Part shown: piece by piece, positions 20,153 through 30,933 of the stretch | How positions within the stretch are numbered: position 1 is the stretch's first letter | Layout of the letters: each line of letters starts with the position of its first letter | Source of the DNA: Candidatus Latescibacterota bacterium | GTDB lineage: Bacteria; Latescibacterota; UBA2968; UBA8231 | Length of the DNA: 64,000 bases | Direction: 5' to 3' | Assembly: GCA_965208105.1 (NCBI GenBank) | Contig: OZ242318.1 | Location: forward strand, 3,840,001 to 3,904,000 | Notes under the pieces: generated by a model | Seen by the model: the letters and a program-made list of their open reading frames with translations, nothing else | What the model was told of the DNA's origin: nothing | Databases searched by the model: none | Position numbers and translations under genes: made by a program

Positions 20153-22783
20153 ATGAGGAGAAATTTCGGATGGGTGTTGTTGGTCCCTTGCCTATGGGTC
20201 ATTCCTGGCGCCTCCCAGGAGGAAGACCTCCACGCTGGTTTCCTCAAGCGCTCCCAACTCGATGAGTATCGCAACTACGCCGAGTACGCCTACTATCCCT
20301 ATCGCACCCGGCTGCGGGTGGACCCGCGATACAATTTTTTCGGCGATTTCCTGGCGGAGGGGTTCCGGGCCTTCCGCCTCGACGACCAGCGTCCGGGCAA
20401 GAGTATCGTCGGCAAGGACAACGTCTACCGCGGCATGTTCAGCAACCTGATCCTGGCGCGCACTTCCTACGGTCGCTTCAACGTGGCTCTGAGCGTGGGA
20501 GACGAAATCCGCAACCACATCACCCCGCTCACCATGAAACGGGCCGGATTCAATGGCCTGCGCTGGGATCTGGAATTCACCAACAATCGGGTGACCTTCC
20601 TGGCCTCCCGCGGCTTCGACAGCGAGGAGTATCCCACCTTCGACTCCTTCTCCACCCCCATAGAGCGGGATGCCCTGCGCCCTGCCTTGATCGAGGAGAT
20701 TCAGGTTGTCGAGGACAATCCGGTCTACACCTTCGGCGGACACTGGGCCACCCAGGTGGGCCACGTGCTATCCCTCGGAGGCACCTTCATCAACCAGCAA
20801 CAGATCAACGCCACCGCCCTGCGGGAAGACAGTTTCCTCAGCGGCGGCGTTCCCTATCCCGAAATTCTGCCCCCAAAAGAGTTGCTGTTGCGGGTCACCG
20901 ACGACTCGCCTCTGGACGGAGGAGGCGCCGCCGTTTTCGCGGTGACTCTGGAGCTGAAGGCCAGGGTCGTCGGATACGGCGATACCCTGCTCAGCAGCGA
21001 TCCCGCAAGTCCGCACTTCAGCCGCCCCCTGATGCCCACGGTCGTAGGCGGCAGAAGGAGTGGGGGACACTGGACCGTCCACGGTTCGGACGAGCTCCTT
21101 TTCGTCTTCAGCTTGCCCGAAGACCTCATCCCGGTGAGTGCCCGCTACCGGATCGTTGTGGCCAACGATTACCACATCGCCGGGGCCCAGAGGCACGTCT
21201 TCTTTCACACCTTGCAGAGACGCGAAACGCCGTTCATGACATTAATCCGGTCCAGCGACAACATCCGCGATTATTCCAACCAGAAGGAGGTCGTCCTCGA
21301 TTGGGGGCTCAACAGCGGACAATCCCTCTACGGCATCAACTTTTCGGCGGACCTGGTGGGCTTCAAGCTCGAGGGCGAGCTCTCCATGAATTCCCTCTAC
21401 CGCAAGTTTCCCGTGGTCTCGGGGCAGAGCCTGACCACGCCGACAAAAGCCTGGTACCTCCACGCCCTGAAGAGTTTCCGGAGCTGGTACGACCTCACTC
21501 TCGGAGGCGAATTCTTCTATATGGGACCGCGCTACGGCGGAGGCTACGACAGCCGCCGCGGCGGTCTGGTGCTCTATACAGACACCGGCGGTCCTACCGG
21601 CGTCAGTCCGACCACTGCCGAATACATCCTGATGGACGACAACGACGACAATGACCGCTACGCCGACGACAACGAAAACGACTTTGCGGATGCCCTGGCT
21701 CTGGAAGCCGGGGTCTACCCGGGCCTCGACGAGGACAACGACAACATCCCCGACGACGACCGCAACGCCAACGGCGTCCCCGACTTCGAGGAGCCCTTTC
21801 TGCTCTATTTCTCCGATCCCCAGGAGTTCGTCTATGGCCTTGACATGAACAACAACGGCGTCATCGACGTGCGCGAGAACGACGACAAGCCGGACTATCC
21901 CTACGACCGCGACCGCCGGGGCCAGCATTACACCACCGCGCTTCGGCCCGCGCCAGGCCTTGAAGTCGTCGCCGGACACTACCGCATGCGCGCCATTACC
22001 TCCGGCGCCCGCGCCATCTCCTCCTACCTCAAGGGGAGCTACCGCTACCTTCGGGACAAACGCCTGGAGGTGCGGCTGAACCACGATTCCAAACGCGTCA
22101 AGGACAATATTCCCGACCCCGTCTATGTCTTCGATCCGGCCCGCGTGATCACCCCGGTGGACCCGCCCCAGCCGGATCCCATGCTGCAGCAGGACAGCTG
22201 GGTCCATACCTCCTTCGCCAGCGTCCGCTTCATCCGCTACGCGCCGCTGAATCTGGAGTCCAACTTCAAGGTGATACACAACCGTGCCCGGGACCTGGAG
22301 CACACCGACGTGGTGGAGGCCGACCGGCGCAATACCTTCACCATGGTGAACAAAGCGGACTACCGCTGGCAGCGGGGAAATCTGACCGTATGGCCGATGT
22401 ACAAACGTCTGTGGCAGAAGGTCACGGTGAAGTCCCGGGACCACCCCTTGCTCTCGCAGGTGCAATCGGTGCCCATCCTGCGGGTGGATTACCGAATCAC
22501 CGACGATTTGAAGTTGCAGTTCGGGCAGCAGGGGATTCGCCTGGGTCCTGTGGACAGGCTCCTGACCTTTCGCTCCCGGGACCGGGTACAGACCTTCCGC
22601 AGTTTTTCCTCCACCGACTTCATGTTCATGCTCACGGTGAGGGGCAGCTACCTTGGCAACGTCCTCACCGCAAATTCGGGCATCCAGGTCCAGAACCGCA
22701 AATTCGATGAACTGAGCGCCGGTCAAGAGCTGCAGTTCACTCGTTTCTTCGTGGACGTAGTGGCCGGCTTCGAGCACTACTGA
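20153..22783 (+). CDS. Large exported protein with Asp-rich Ca-binding-like repeats, putative outer-membrane beta-barrel (copy B1)
   Basis: Signal peptide after RBS AAGGGAG; DDNDDNDRY, GLDEDNDNIPDDDRNANG, DMNNNGVID; amphipathic strands; ends FFVDVVAGFEHY. Confidence 0.72.
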   Translation: MRRNFGWVLLVPCLWVIPGASQEEDLHAGFLKRSQLDEYRNYAEYAYYPYRTRLRVDPRYNFFGDFLAEGFRAFRLDDQRPGKSIVGKDNVYRGMFSNLILARTSYGRFNVALSVGDEIRNHITPLTMKRAGFNGLRWDLEFTNNRVTFLASRGFDSEEYPTFDSFSTPIERDALRPALIEEIQVVEDNPVYTFGGHWATQVGHVLSLGGTFINQQQINATALREDSFLSGGVPYPEILPPKELLLRVTDDSPLDGGGAAVFAVTLELKARVVGYGDTLLSSDPASPHFSRPLMPTVVGGRRSGGHWTVHGSDELLFVFSLPEDLIPVSARYRIVVANDYHIAGAQRHVFFHTLQRRETPFMTLIRSSDNIRDYSNQKEVVLDWGLNSGQSLYGINFSADLVGFKLEGELSMNSLYRKFPVVSGQSLTTPTKAWYLHALKSFRSWYDLTLGGEFFYMGPRYGGGYDSRRGGLVLYTDTGGPTGVSPTTAEYILMDDNDDNDRYADDNENDFADALALEAGVYPGLDEDNDNIPDDDRNANGVPDFEEPFLLYFSDPQEFVYGLDMNNNGVIDVRENDDKPDYPYDRDRRGQHYTTALRPAPGLEVVAGHYRMRAITSGARAISSYLKGSYRYLRDKRLEVRLNHDSKRVKDNIPDPVYVFDPARVITPVDPPQPDPMLQQDSWVHTSFASVRFIRYAPLNLESNFKVIHNRARDLEHTDVVEADRRNTFTMVNKADYRWQRGNLTVWPMYKRLWQKVTVKSRDHPLLSQVQSVPILRVDYRITDDLKLQFGQQGIRLGPVDRLLTFRSRDRVQTFRSFSSTDFMFMLTVRGSYLGNVLTANSGIQVQNRKFDELSAGQELQFTRFFVDVVAGFEHY

Positions 22784-22792
22784 ACCGAACCC

Positions 22793-25429
22793 ATGGGTCT
22801 CATCCTGTTCATACTGTTTCTGATTCCGGGCGAAGGCGCCTTCGCCGACGATGGGGAGCCGAACCCCGACCTGCTGCAGCGCTCGTCCTTCGCACCGTAC
22901 CAGAACTACGCCGAGGTGCCCTTCCGCCCCTACCGGGAACGCCTGCGAATCGATCCGCGCTACAACTATTTCGGTGAATTTCTCGCCGAAGGATATCACG
23001 CCTTCCGCCTCGACGAGCAGCGGCCCGGTGGCAGCGTCGTCGGCAAGGACGACGTCTACCGCGGCCTCTTCAATACCCTCCTGGTTGCGCGCAGTTCCCA
23101 CGGCGAATTCAGTGCCGCCCTCACCGTAGGCGACGATATCCGCCACACCCTGTCGGCGCTGACCATGCAGCGGGCAGGCTTCAACGGGATGCGCTGGGAA
23201 CTGGTCTATCCCCGCCAACGCCTCACCCTGCTGGCTTCGCGCGGTTTCGACAGCGGCGATTTCCCCGGATTCAGGAGCTTCTCCACACCGGTGGTGGTCG
23301 ATCCCACCGCCCCGGGCTACGACCTCCTCTCGTCTACCATGGTGGTGGTGGAGGAAGAAAACCCGGTCTACACCCTGGGAGGTCACTGGGAAGGCGAATT
23401 CGGCCCCGCCCTGACCCTCGGGGCGACCCTGGTGAACCAGCAGCAGCTCAACTCGGTGGCCGGTCGCAAGGGAGGGCTGCTGCGCGGCAGCGTGCCCTAT
23501 CCGGAGATGTTGCCGCCGGAAAGGCTGATGCTGCGGGTAACCGAAGATGGGGCCCCGGAGGAGGGGCCAGGCGCTGCGGTGTACGAAGTGGTGCTTGAGA
23601 TCGAGGCTACCGACGGCAGCGTACACAGCCTTCTCAGCAGCGATCCCGAAAGTCCCAACTACCATTCCCGGCTGGAACCCGTGATCAACGGCGGCCGCCG
23701 GGTCGACGGTCACTTGGAAGTGAGCGGCGATGAGAAGTTGTTCTACACTTTCAGACTACCCGCCGAGGTGACGCCGCGGCGGGCGCGATTCCGGGTGGAG
23801 GCCGCCAATGATTTCCGCATTGCCGTCTCCCAGCAACATACCATTCCGCGCCGAGGCCACCCCACGACCCCCTATACCACCTTGTACCGGGCGCATGGTC
23901 GCAGGGGAGATCTTTCCAACCGCAAAGAACTGGTCCTGGACTATGGCCTCGCCACTGGGCAGACCCTGTTCGGATTGGACTTCGCCGCGGCCCTGGTGGG
24001 GCTCAAGCTCAAGGGCGAGATCGCCATGAACAGCCTGTACCGGAAATTCCCGGTTCTCGGCGGCCGCAATCTGGACCGCCGCGCCAGAGCTTGGTACCTG
24101 ACCGCGGTCAAGACCGCCGACCGCTTCCCCCACCTGACTATGGGGGCGGAGCTCTTCTACATGGGGCCGCGCTACGGCGGCGACTACGACAGCCGCCGAG
24201 GCGGCGTAGTGCTCTATACCGACGTAGGAGGACCGGACAGGAGAGCGCGGGGCGCGGCGGAGTACGTCCTGGTAGACGACAACGACGACCGCGACCGCTA
24301 CGCCGACGACAACAGCAAGGATTTCCCCGGGTCTTCCGATCCCCAGGCGGGGGTTTATCCTGGATTGGACGAGGACAACGACAACATCCCCGACGACGAC
24401 CGCAACGCCAACGGCATACCCGATTTCCAGGAGCCCTTCCTGCTTTTCTACTCCGATCCGCAGGAATTCGTCTACGGTCCGGACATGAACAACAACGGGG
24501 TCATCGACTCGCGCGAAAACGACGCCAAACCCGACTATCCCTACGACCGGGACAGGCGCGGCCGCCATTTCCTGGTCTCGCTCCGTCCGTTGCCTGGCCT
24601 GGAGCTGGGCGCCGGAAACTATCGCCTCCAGACCATGGTGGCCGGCGGCCGGGCTATCTCCACCTACCTGCGGGCTTCCTACCGCTCCGCCGATCCCCGG
24701 CGTTACGAGCTGCGTCTCAACCACGACTCCAAGCGGGTGCGGGACGACATCCCCGATCCGGTCTACGTCTTCGATCCGGAGCGCAACCTGACCCCTCGGG
24801 ATCCCCCCGATCCCGATCCCCTGCTGCAGCGCAACAGTTGGGTGCACACCTCTTTCGCCGGGCTGCGCTTCACCCGCCTTGCCCCGTTGAATCTGGAGAG
24901 CAACGTGAAGCGGGTGCACAATCGCATGCACGACCTCACGTCCACCGAAGAGGTCGAGAAAGACCGGCGCAGCGATTTCACCTGGGTGAACCGGGCCGAC
25001 TACCGCTGGCAGTGGCGGAAGCTGACGATACACCCGATGTACAAGAACATCCGGCAGCGGGTGACCCTGGGGTCGCTGGACCGTCCCTTGATCTCCACCG
25101 TGCAGTCCGCCCCCATCCTGCGGATGGACTACGCCTTCAACGACGAGCTCGTGCTCCAGATGGGCCAGCAGGGTTTTCGCCTGCGCGCCCTGGGCATCGA
25201 CCGCGGGCTCGCCTTCCGCTCCATCGACAAGCTGGACGAGACCCGGAGTTTTTCTTCCACCGATTTCATGATCATGTTCACCATCAGAGGGAATTATCTG
25301 AGCAACATAGTAACCGCGAATACGGGCATTCACCGCCAGCGGATGGAATTCGACGAAGGGGAGCCGAGGGAGAAACGCAAGCTCACCCGTCTGTTCGTGG
25401 AGGTGGTAACCGGCTTCGAGCGTTACTGA
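22793..25429 (+). CDS. Asp-rich putative outer-membrane protein (copy B2)
   Basis: Colinear paralogue of B1; ends LFVEVVTGFERY. Confidence 0.72.
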   Translation: MGLILFILFLIPGEGAFADDGEPNPDLLQRSSFAPYQNYAEVPFRPYRERLRIDPRYNYFGEFLAEGYHAFRLDEQRPGGSVVGKDDVYRGLFNTLLVARSSHGEFSAALTVGDDIRHTLSALTMQRAGFNGMRWELVYPRQRLTLLASRGFDSGDFPGFRSFSTPVVVDPTAPGYDLLSSTMVVVEEENPVYTLGGHWEGEFGPALTLGATLVNQQQLNSVAGRKGGLLRGSVPYPEMLPPERLMLRVTEDGAPEEGPGAAVYEVVLEIEATDGSVHSLLSSDPESPNYHSRLEPVINGGRRVDGHLEVSGDEKLFYTFRLPAEVTPRRARFRVEAANDFRIAVSQQHTIPRRGHPTTPYTTLYRAHGRRGDLSNRKELVLDYGLATGQTLFGLDFAAALVGLKLKGEIAMNSLYRKFPVLGGRNLDRRARAWYLTAVKTADRFPHLTMGAELFYMGPRYGGDYDSRRGGVVLYTDVGGPDRRARGAAEYVLVDDNDDRDRYADDNSKDFPGSSDPQAGVYPGLDEDNDNIPDDDRNANGIPDFQEPFLLFYSDPQEFVYGPDMNNNGVIDSRENDAKPDYPYDRDRRGRHFLVSLRPLPGLELGAGNYRLQTMVAGGRAISTYLRASYRSADPRRYELRLNHDSKRVRDDIPDPVYVFDPERNLTPRDPPDPDPLLQRNSWVHTSFAGLRFTRLAPLNLESNVKRVHNRMHDLTSTEEVEKDRRSDFTWVNRADYRWQWRKLTIHPMYKNIRQRVTLGSLDRPLISTVQSAPILRMDYAFNDELVLQMGQQGFRLRALGIDRGLAFRSIDKLDETRSFSSTDFMIMFTIRGNYLSNIVTANTGIHRQRMEFDEGEPREKRKLTRLFVEVVTGFERY

Positions 25430-25456
25430 TTCCAAGCCAGGGACCTATAAAACGAT

Positions 25457-28400
25457 ATGGTTCAACTGACCCTTGCCGCTATTTTCCTGGGAGCCGTTAG
25501 CGCCAGCATGTTCCACGATTCCCCCGGGGAGTTGGGCAAGGAATTCGACGCGGCGCAGAAGCTCATGGTGATGGGGGATTTTGACGGTGCCGTCGACGCC
25601 TACGAGGACCTCATAAATACCCCGTCTTCCTTGTTCCTGTTGCCTTCGCAGGTGAGAGTCGAGGTCCGAGGGGAAGGCCTGCTCCTCAGAGTGGCGGCGG
25701 CCTACCAGGTGGCCGGCAGCTACCGGCGCCGAGGTGAGGAGGAGCGCCAGAAGGACGACGACGGCGCCGCCGTCCGGGGACGTGAGTCCCTGCGCAAGGC
25801 GGCGCGATATTACAACCTGGTGAGCCGGGATTCGCTGGCTCCCGAAGATTTGCGCCAGCGCGCAGCCTACCAGGAGGGAAAATCCTATTTCATCGGCGAG
25901 GATTACGAGCAGGGCGCCGCCGCCTTCGAGAGTTTCCGCGATCGTTTCCCGCACGGAGAATACGCCCTCGACGCCCGCTATCACCTTGCCTGGTCCACCT
26001 ACAGGCTGGGATCGTGGGAGCGGGCTGCGGCGGAATTCCGCGCCGTGGCCGCGGCCGAGCCCGGCAGCGACAGGGCCCTCAGAGCCCTCTTTCAATTGGG
26101 CGAGTGTCTCGAGCGTCTGCAGCGCCGGGAAGAAGCCCTTGCTGCTTTCAGGCAACTTGCCCAACATTTCGATTCCAAGGTCTACGACGAGCGGCGCCGG
26201 GTTGAAGACCTCATGCTGGTGTTGCGCAAGGACTTTCTGGAAACCGAGCGGGAACTGATCGGCAAGGCGCACATCCGGGTGGGGGACGGCTATCGCCACC
26301 TCGATTCCCTGGAAACGGCCATGGAATGGTACCGCCGCGCGGCGCAGCGCTTTCCCACCGAGGGAGCCCTGGTGAAGACCGCCTATCTGCGTCTGGCCGA
26401 AATCCACGCCGATGAGAGACGCATCGACCCGGCCTTGACGGCCTACCGCACCGCCCTGGAGGAGGTGGTGGATCCACTCTTCCGGGCCCAGGTCCAGGCC
26501 GAGCTCATGATCCTGGCCCATGAAGCCGGGCGCTTCGAAGAATCGGCCGCCGCCCACCGGTTCTACATTCAGGCCTTCGGTGAACAGGCCGAAGAGACGG
26601 GGATTTCGGTGCAGCAGGCGCAGTTGCGGGTGGGCGAAGCGCTGCGCCAGGAAGCGCTGCGCCGGCACCGGGAAACGGAAGGGGATTCCCTCTACGGCGA
26701 AGCCCTGACGGCGTACCGGGAGTTGCTACGGATGAATCCCCCCGACAGCCTGGCGGCCGAGGCCCTGCTGGGCAGCGGGTTCTGCCTGCAGAGTCTGGGT
26801 GAGGGAGCTGCCGCCCGGGAGCAGTATGAAGCGGTTCGAGACAACTATGGCGCCACCCGGTCCGCCGCCTGGGCTCAACTGCAACTGGCGCGCATCCACT
26901 CCGAGGGCGGAGACTGGCCGGCGACCATGGCCTCGTACCAGTCACTGTTGCAGATCGGCGACGCCGAGCTGCGCGACATCGCCCGCGTCGAGCTGGCTCT
27001 GCTCCACCAGCGCCGCCGGGAAACGGGCGAAGCCCTGGCTCTGCTCCGCCCGATCGAGCCCGATTCTCCCGAGTTCAGCCGGGCCCAACTAGCTCTGGTG
27101 CGCCTGCATACGGCGAGCGGGGACTGGGAAGAGGCGCGGCAGGTCCTGATCCGCGCCAGGCAAGGGAAGGTCAGCCCCCCGGTGCGCGCCGAGCTCGATT
27201 ACACCGAAGCGGAGATCGCCTTCCAAGCCCGCGATTATGCCGCCACCCTCGAGCTCCTCGCCCGGGTGGATACCACCCTCTTGGAGGACCCTTTCGCCTA
27301 CGAACACCTCTATGTTCGCGGCGTATCCAGCTACCAGGTGGGCGACCATGCCGCCGCCCTCGAGCAGTTGGTTGCCTACTGCGGCCGATCACCTTTGCGC
27401 CGGGCGCGGCAGCAGGCCATCCGGCTGATCGGTCTGTGCCTGGCAGAAACCGTCGACCGGGATACCGCGGTGCGGCGCTTCCGCCGGTGGGCCGATGCCG
27501 GCGCCACCGACAGCGAGCGCCTGGAGTGGGAGCTGGGGCTGGCCCGCTTTCAGATCGACACTGGCCGCCATGCCGAAGCCCTGGAGTTGTTGGACCGGCT
27601 GGAAATGGTGTCGCCGGGTCAGCAGCAGGTGCTGCTGCTGCGGGGAATCGTGCGGATGGCGGCCAACGAGTGGGCTCCGGCGAGGGAGGTCCTCCTCGGC
27701 ATGGAGACCGACGGCCTCTCCGGCCCCGATGCTCATCGGCGGCTCTTCCTGCTTGGCGTGGCAGCGATGAATCTTGCCGACTATGGCGGGGCGGTAGAGC
27801 ATCTTCAGGAGTTGCTGGCTTTGAAGCCCCCTGAGGACATTTCCCGCCCCGCCCGGCTCTACCTGGGAAAAAGCTTCTTCGCTCTGAGACAGCACCGGGA
27901 GGCCGCTAAAACCTTGCTGCAATTGGCCGAGGACTTTGGGGGCCACGCGGAAGCCGGGGAAGCGGCCTATCTCGCCGGCGACAACCTCTACCTGATAGAA
28001 GACTATCGCGGGGCGGCAACGGCCTATGCCCGCGTCGAGCACGGAAAGTTCATGCCCGCCGCGGGGTTGGCCCGGGCCTGGTGCCTTCTGGAGCTGGAGG
28101 AAGAAGGACCCTTCCTGGAAGCGCTCGAGAACGTCCAAATCGACCATCCCCACAGCCCCGAGGCCCGCACCGCGGCCATGATGGCAGGCGATTACAATTA
28201 CAGCGGCAAAAAGTATGAGGCGGCGCGCCATGCGTACCGGACGCTCATGGAACAGTACCCCGACAGCGGCGAGGCCGCGCGGGCGCGGTCACGCCTGGTG
28301 GACCTCGAGGACCTGGAAGCCGATCGCCTCTACCAGGCGGCCATGGCCGCCTTCGACGGCGGCGACTACGAGGGCGCGCGGCGGCAGCTGGAGGCGGTGG

Positions 28401-28600
28401 CGCAGCGTTTTCCCGGCACCCTGTCGGAGATGGCGGCGCGCTGCAACATCGGGGTATGCTACGAGAAGACGGGACAGTGGCGCCGGGCCGCCGCCGTCTA
28501 CGACAGCCTGCTGCAGAGGGGGGAGGCCGATCCGCAGTACGGCGCCATGCTGCGCTTTGCGCGGGAGCACCGCGACTGGATTCGCGACTACCGACTCTAA
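25457..28600 (+). CDS. Exported tetratricopeptide-repeat protein (BamD/CpoB-like repeats)
   Basis: Signal peptide; many helical TPR-type repeats (A-Y-LAW, ALFQLG, ARLYLG, YPDS-EA). Confidence 0.85.
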   Translation: MVQLTLAAIFLGAVSASMFHDSPGELGKEFDAAQKLMVMGDFDGAVDAYEDLINTPSSLFLLPSQVRVEVRGEGLLLRVAAAYQVAGSYRRRGEEERQKDDDGAAVRGRESLRKAARYYNLVSRDSLAPEDLRQRAAYQEGKSYFIGEDYEQGAAAFESFRDRFPHGEYALDARYHLAWSTYRLGSWERAAAEFRAVAAAEPGSDRALRALFQLGECLERLQRREEALAAFRQLAQHFDSKVYDERRRVEDLMLVLRKDFLETERELIGKAHIRVGDGYRHLDSLETAMEWYRRAAQRFPTEGALVKTAYLRLAEIHADERRIDPALTAYRTALEEVVDPLFRAQVQAELMILAHEAGRFEESAAAHRFYIQAFGEQAEETGISVQQAQLRVGEALRQEALRRHRETEGDSLYGEALTAYRELLRMNPPDSLAAEALLGSGFCLQSLGEGAAAREQYEAVRDNYGATRSAAWAQLQLARIHSEGGDWPATMASYQSLLQIGDAELRDIARVELALLHQRRRETGEALALLRPIEPDSPEFSRAQLALVRLHTASGDWEEARQVLIRARQGKVSPPVRAELDYTEAEIAFQARDYAATLELLARVDTTLLEDPFAYEHLYVRGVSSYQVGDHAAALEQLVAYCGRSPLRRARQQAIRLIGLCLAETVDRDTAVRRFRRWADAGATDSERLEWELGLARFQIDTGRHAEALELLDRLEMVSPGQQQVLLLRGIVRMAANEWAPAREVLLGMETDGLSGPDAHRRLFLLGVAAMNLADYGGAVEHLQELLALKPPEDISRPARLYLGKSFFALRQHREAAKTLLQLAEDFGGHAEAGEAAYLAGDNLYLIEDYRGAATAYARVEHGKFMPAAGLARAWCLLELEEEGPFLEALENVQIDHPHSPEARTAAMMAGDYNYSGKKYEAARHAYRTLMEQYPDSGEAARARSRLVDLEDLEADRLYQAAMAAFDGGDYEGARRQLEAVAQRFPGTLSEMAARCNIGVCYEKTGQWRRAAAVYDSLLQRGEADPQYGAMLRFAREHRDWIRDYRL

Positions 28601-28627
28601 CCCGCCGATCAGGCGAGGAGATACTTC

Positions 28628-29284
28628 ATGGGCATAGATTCCTTCCTTCTCGATCAGTTTGACAAGGGCGGTCCGCTGATGTGGCCCCTGGCGCTGTGCT
28701 CGCTGACGGCGCTCACCGTCGGTCTGGAGCGCCTGTGGGTGCTGCTGCGGGTCCCGGGGGACGAGGGCGCCCGCGCCGAAATGGAGGCGGTTCTGGCGCG
28801 GAAGGAGGAGCTGGACGGGGCGGATCTTCTGGCCCACCTGCTGGAACGCAAGGGGGTGCTGGCGGCGGTCTACGCCGCGGTGCAGCGCAAGTATCTGGCG
28901 CTTTTGGAGGAAGGCCAGGGAGCGGCGGAGCAGCGCGCCGAGCTGGGTAGGGAGGCCAACGCGGCCTGCCGCGAGTATCTGGGCCAGTTTCTTCCGGTTC
29001 TGAGCACGATTGGCAGCATCGCGCCGCTGTTGGGTCTTCTGGGCACGATCACGGGGATGATCAAGGCCTTTGCGGCCATCGCCACGGCGGGGGTGGGGGA
29101 TCCGAGCCAGGTGGCCGACGGCATCTCGGAGGCGCTGATCACCACGGCGACGGGTCTGATCATCGCGATCCCGGTGATCGTGCTGCACCGCTACCTGGCG
29201 CTGCGCGCCGGCCGCGTCATGCGGCGCCTGGAGCTCTACACCCATGCCCTGGGCCACGCCCTGGTGGAGGAGGAGCGCCGGTGA
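28628..29284 (+). CDS. exbB: MotA/TolQ/ExbB proton channel family protein
   Basis: GGPLMWPL, APLLGLLGTITGMI-AF, GISEALITTA-GL-IAIP. Confidence 0.93.
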   Translation: MGIDSFLLDQFDKGGPLMWPLALCSLTALTVGLERLWVLLRVPGDEGARAEMEAVLARKEELDGADLLAHLLERKGVLAAVYAAVQRKYLALLEEGQGAAEQRAELGREANAACREYLGQFLPVLSTIGSIAPLLGLLGTITGMIKAFAAIATAGVGDPSQVADGISEALITTATGLIIAIPVIVLHRYLALRAGRVMRRLELYTHALGHALVEEERR

Positions 29285-29517
29285 ACATCTACGACGACGC
29301 CGGGGCCCCCGGCTCCACCGTGGAGCCTGGGCAGTTGGCCGAGGTCTTCAAGGAGGCGTCGGGTGAGGGCCGCGAAATCAGGCTGACCATTCTGGCCGAC
29401 CGCCGCACCCCCCACGGCCACACTCTGGAGGCCATGGAGGCGGCGCAGCGCGCCGGGATCCACCGGGTCTACCTGGCCACCAGGACCCGGCCTCCGGGAG
29501 AAGGGAGCGTACCGTGA
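29281..29517 (+). CDS. exbD: ExbD/TolR periplasmic domain only (no TM helix); possibly a pseudogene
   Basis: ILADRRTPHG...AM-AAQRAG...V-LAT motif directly after exbB with GTGA overlap; no TP-IDV TM segment. Confidence 0.65.
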   Translation: MNIYDDAGAPGSTVEPGQLAEVFKEASGEGREIRLTILADRRTPHGHTLEAMEAAQRAGIHRVYLATRTRPPGEGSVP

Positions 29518-30248
29518 CCAGGATGATCCCGGCCGTGATGGCGACGTGGCTGGGGGCTGCCGGCTGCGGTCTCTTGCCGGTGCCCAAATCCCACCTGGTG
29601 CGCCTTGCCTTCGTGCCCGGCGAGAGGGCGGCCTACTCCGTCGATGCGGCCGACAGCGCCGCGGTCTATCGCACCGAGGGCCTGGTCGTCAAGGTGAGCT
29701 ACCGCTCGAAGCAGGCCCTCAACCTGGAGTATCCCGACGCCCGCGAGGGCCGGGTCAATCTCAACCCCTTCACCTACGGCCCCCGCATGGACAACGATCT
29801 GGGCTACGCCCCGGACCGCTTCACCGTCTTCGAGGTGGACTTCAACAACATCGGCCGGCCCCGGGTTCAGTTTACCGCGCAGGACGCCGAGCTGGTCACC
29901 GACCGCGGCGACCGGCTGCGGCCCTGGGGCACGCAGAAGGGGGAGGCGGAGGACACCTTCGAGGAGTATTACCGCGCCCGGCGCGGCCCGGGGGGCAACG
30001 ACCAGCAGTGGTATCGGCAGCGTCTGGCCATCGTGGAGAAATCGCTCTACCGCGGTGACGGGCCCTTGTTCAAGGGTCAACGCCAGCGCGGCAAGCTGGT
30101 GTTCGGCCTTTTGCACCCGGAGGTGGCCTCGGTGCGCCTGCACCTGCGCGAGGTGGTCCTGGCCTTCGACGAGCACGGGCTGCCCACCGAGCGCATCGAT
30201 CTGGAGTTTCCCTTCGAGATCAGCGTCGAGGTCGAGGAGCTGGAGTGA
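29514..30248 (+). CDS. Hypothetical lipoprotein
   Basis: Lipobox AAGC; translationally coupled to exbD; host-like codon usage. Confidence 0.78.
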   Translation: MTRMIPAVMATWLGAAGCGLLPVPKSHLVRLAFVPGERAAYSVDAADSAAVYRTEGLVVKVSYRSKQALNLEYPDAREGRVNLNPFTYGPRMDNDLGYAPDRFTVFEVDFNNIGRPRVQFTAQDAELVTDRGDRLRPWGTQKGEAEDTFEEYYRARRGPGGNDQQWYRQRLAIVEKSLYRGDGPLFKGQRQRGKLVFGLLHPEVASVRLHLREVVLAFDEHGLPTERIDLEFPFEISVEVEELE

Positions 30249-30301
30249 GTTGGGCAGCAATGGCAACTGAAGCAAGCATCGGGAGAGTGTGGCGCTGGGC
30301 A

Positions 30302-30865
30302 ATGTGGAAAGATGAGAGATCGTTCTGGACCGGATCGTGCTTGCTATTCTGCTATGTAGTGGCACTAGGTCTGGCGGCCTGTACGCAAGAAGGCGAGAAT
30401 CCATCGCCTTTCGACATACAAAAGGGTAGTGTTCAGGAGCCATTTGACATTGCAGTCACCTATTTTACCTGGGACTCCAGAAAAATAACTTTGACCGACG
30501 ACAACAGCTATGCCGTAGAGGTCGTAAACGCAGGCACCGATACCCTGAACTTTTACAAGATCGAAATCTATTTTGACGATAACCTAAGGAATCGCTACGA
30601 GAACCGACCTGAGTTGCTGCACCCCGGTCCGCTGGTTCCGGGTGATACAGAGTGTTTAATATGGGCAAGTGGGTCGGGAAGCCCTCCCAGACCACCAAAG
30701 GAGCCTGGACGCCACAGCTACCGGGTAGTGGCCAGTCTGCCGAGCGGCTACGCTGAAATGAATCTCTCCAACAACGAACTTGTGGGCTTTTTCGAAATAA
30801 GTGCCAGTGCCAAACGGACGAATCTTTTTTCATCGAAGCCGCTGGTCGGATGTCGACGGTATTAG
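30302..30865 (+). CDS. Putative CARDB-like lipoprotein (copy L5)
   Basis: Lipobox LAAC, GENP, FDIAV, NAG, PLVPG, PGR-SY, E-NLSNN; start uncertain. Confidence 0.72.
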   Translation: MWKDERSFWTGSCLLFCYVVALGLAACTQEGENPSPFDIQKGSVQEPFDIAVTYFTWDSRKITLTDDNSYAVEVVNAGTDTLNFYKIEIYFDDNLRNRYENRPELLHPGPLVPGDTECLIWASGSGSPPRPPKEPGRHSYRVVASLPSGYAEMNLSNNELVGFFEISASAKRTNLFSSKPLVGCRRY

Positions 30866-30933
30866 GCCATTTGGGTGAGGAAGGGCTTTCTAGATTCGCC
30901 CAGTGACGTTTAAGAAGGAGAGATGTGGAGATC

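Noticed and set aside
21640-21910. GAC/AAC-rich repetitive DNA as a tandem repeat or CRISPR array
   Set aside because: Explained by Asp/Asn-rich coding sequence; no repeat-spacer periodicity seen anywhere in the window
21242-25435. Long antisense ORFs (823 and 559 aa; also 35701-37350, 2886-4478, 39937-42297)
   Set aside because: Shadow frames of GC-rich genes with no recognisable motifs
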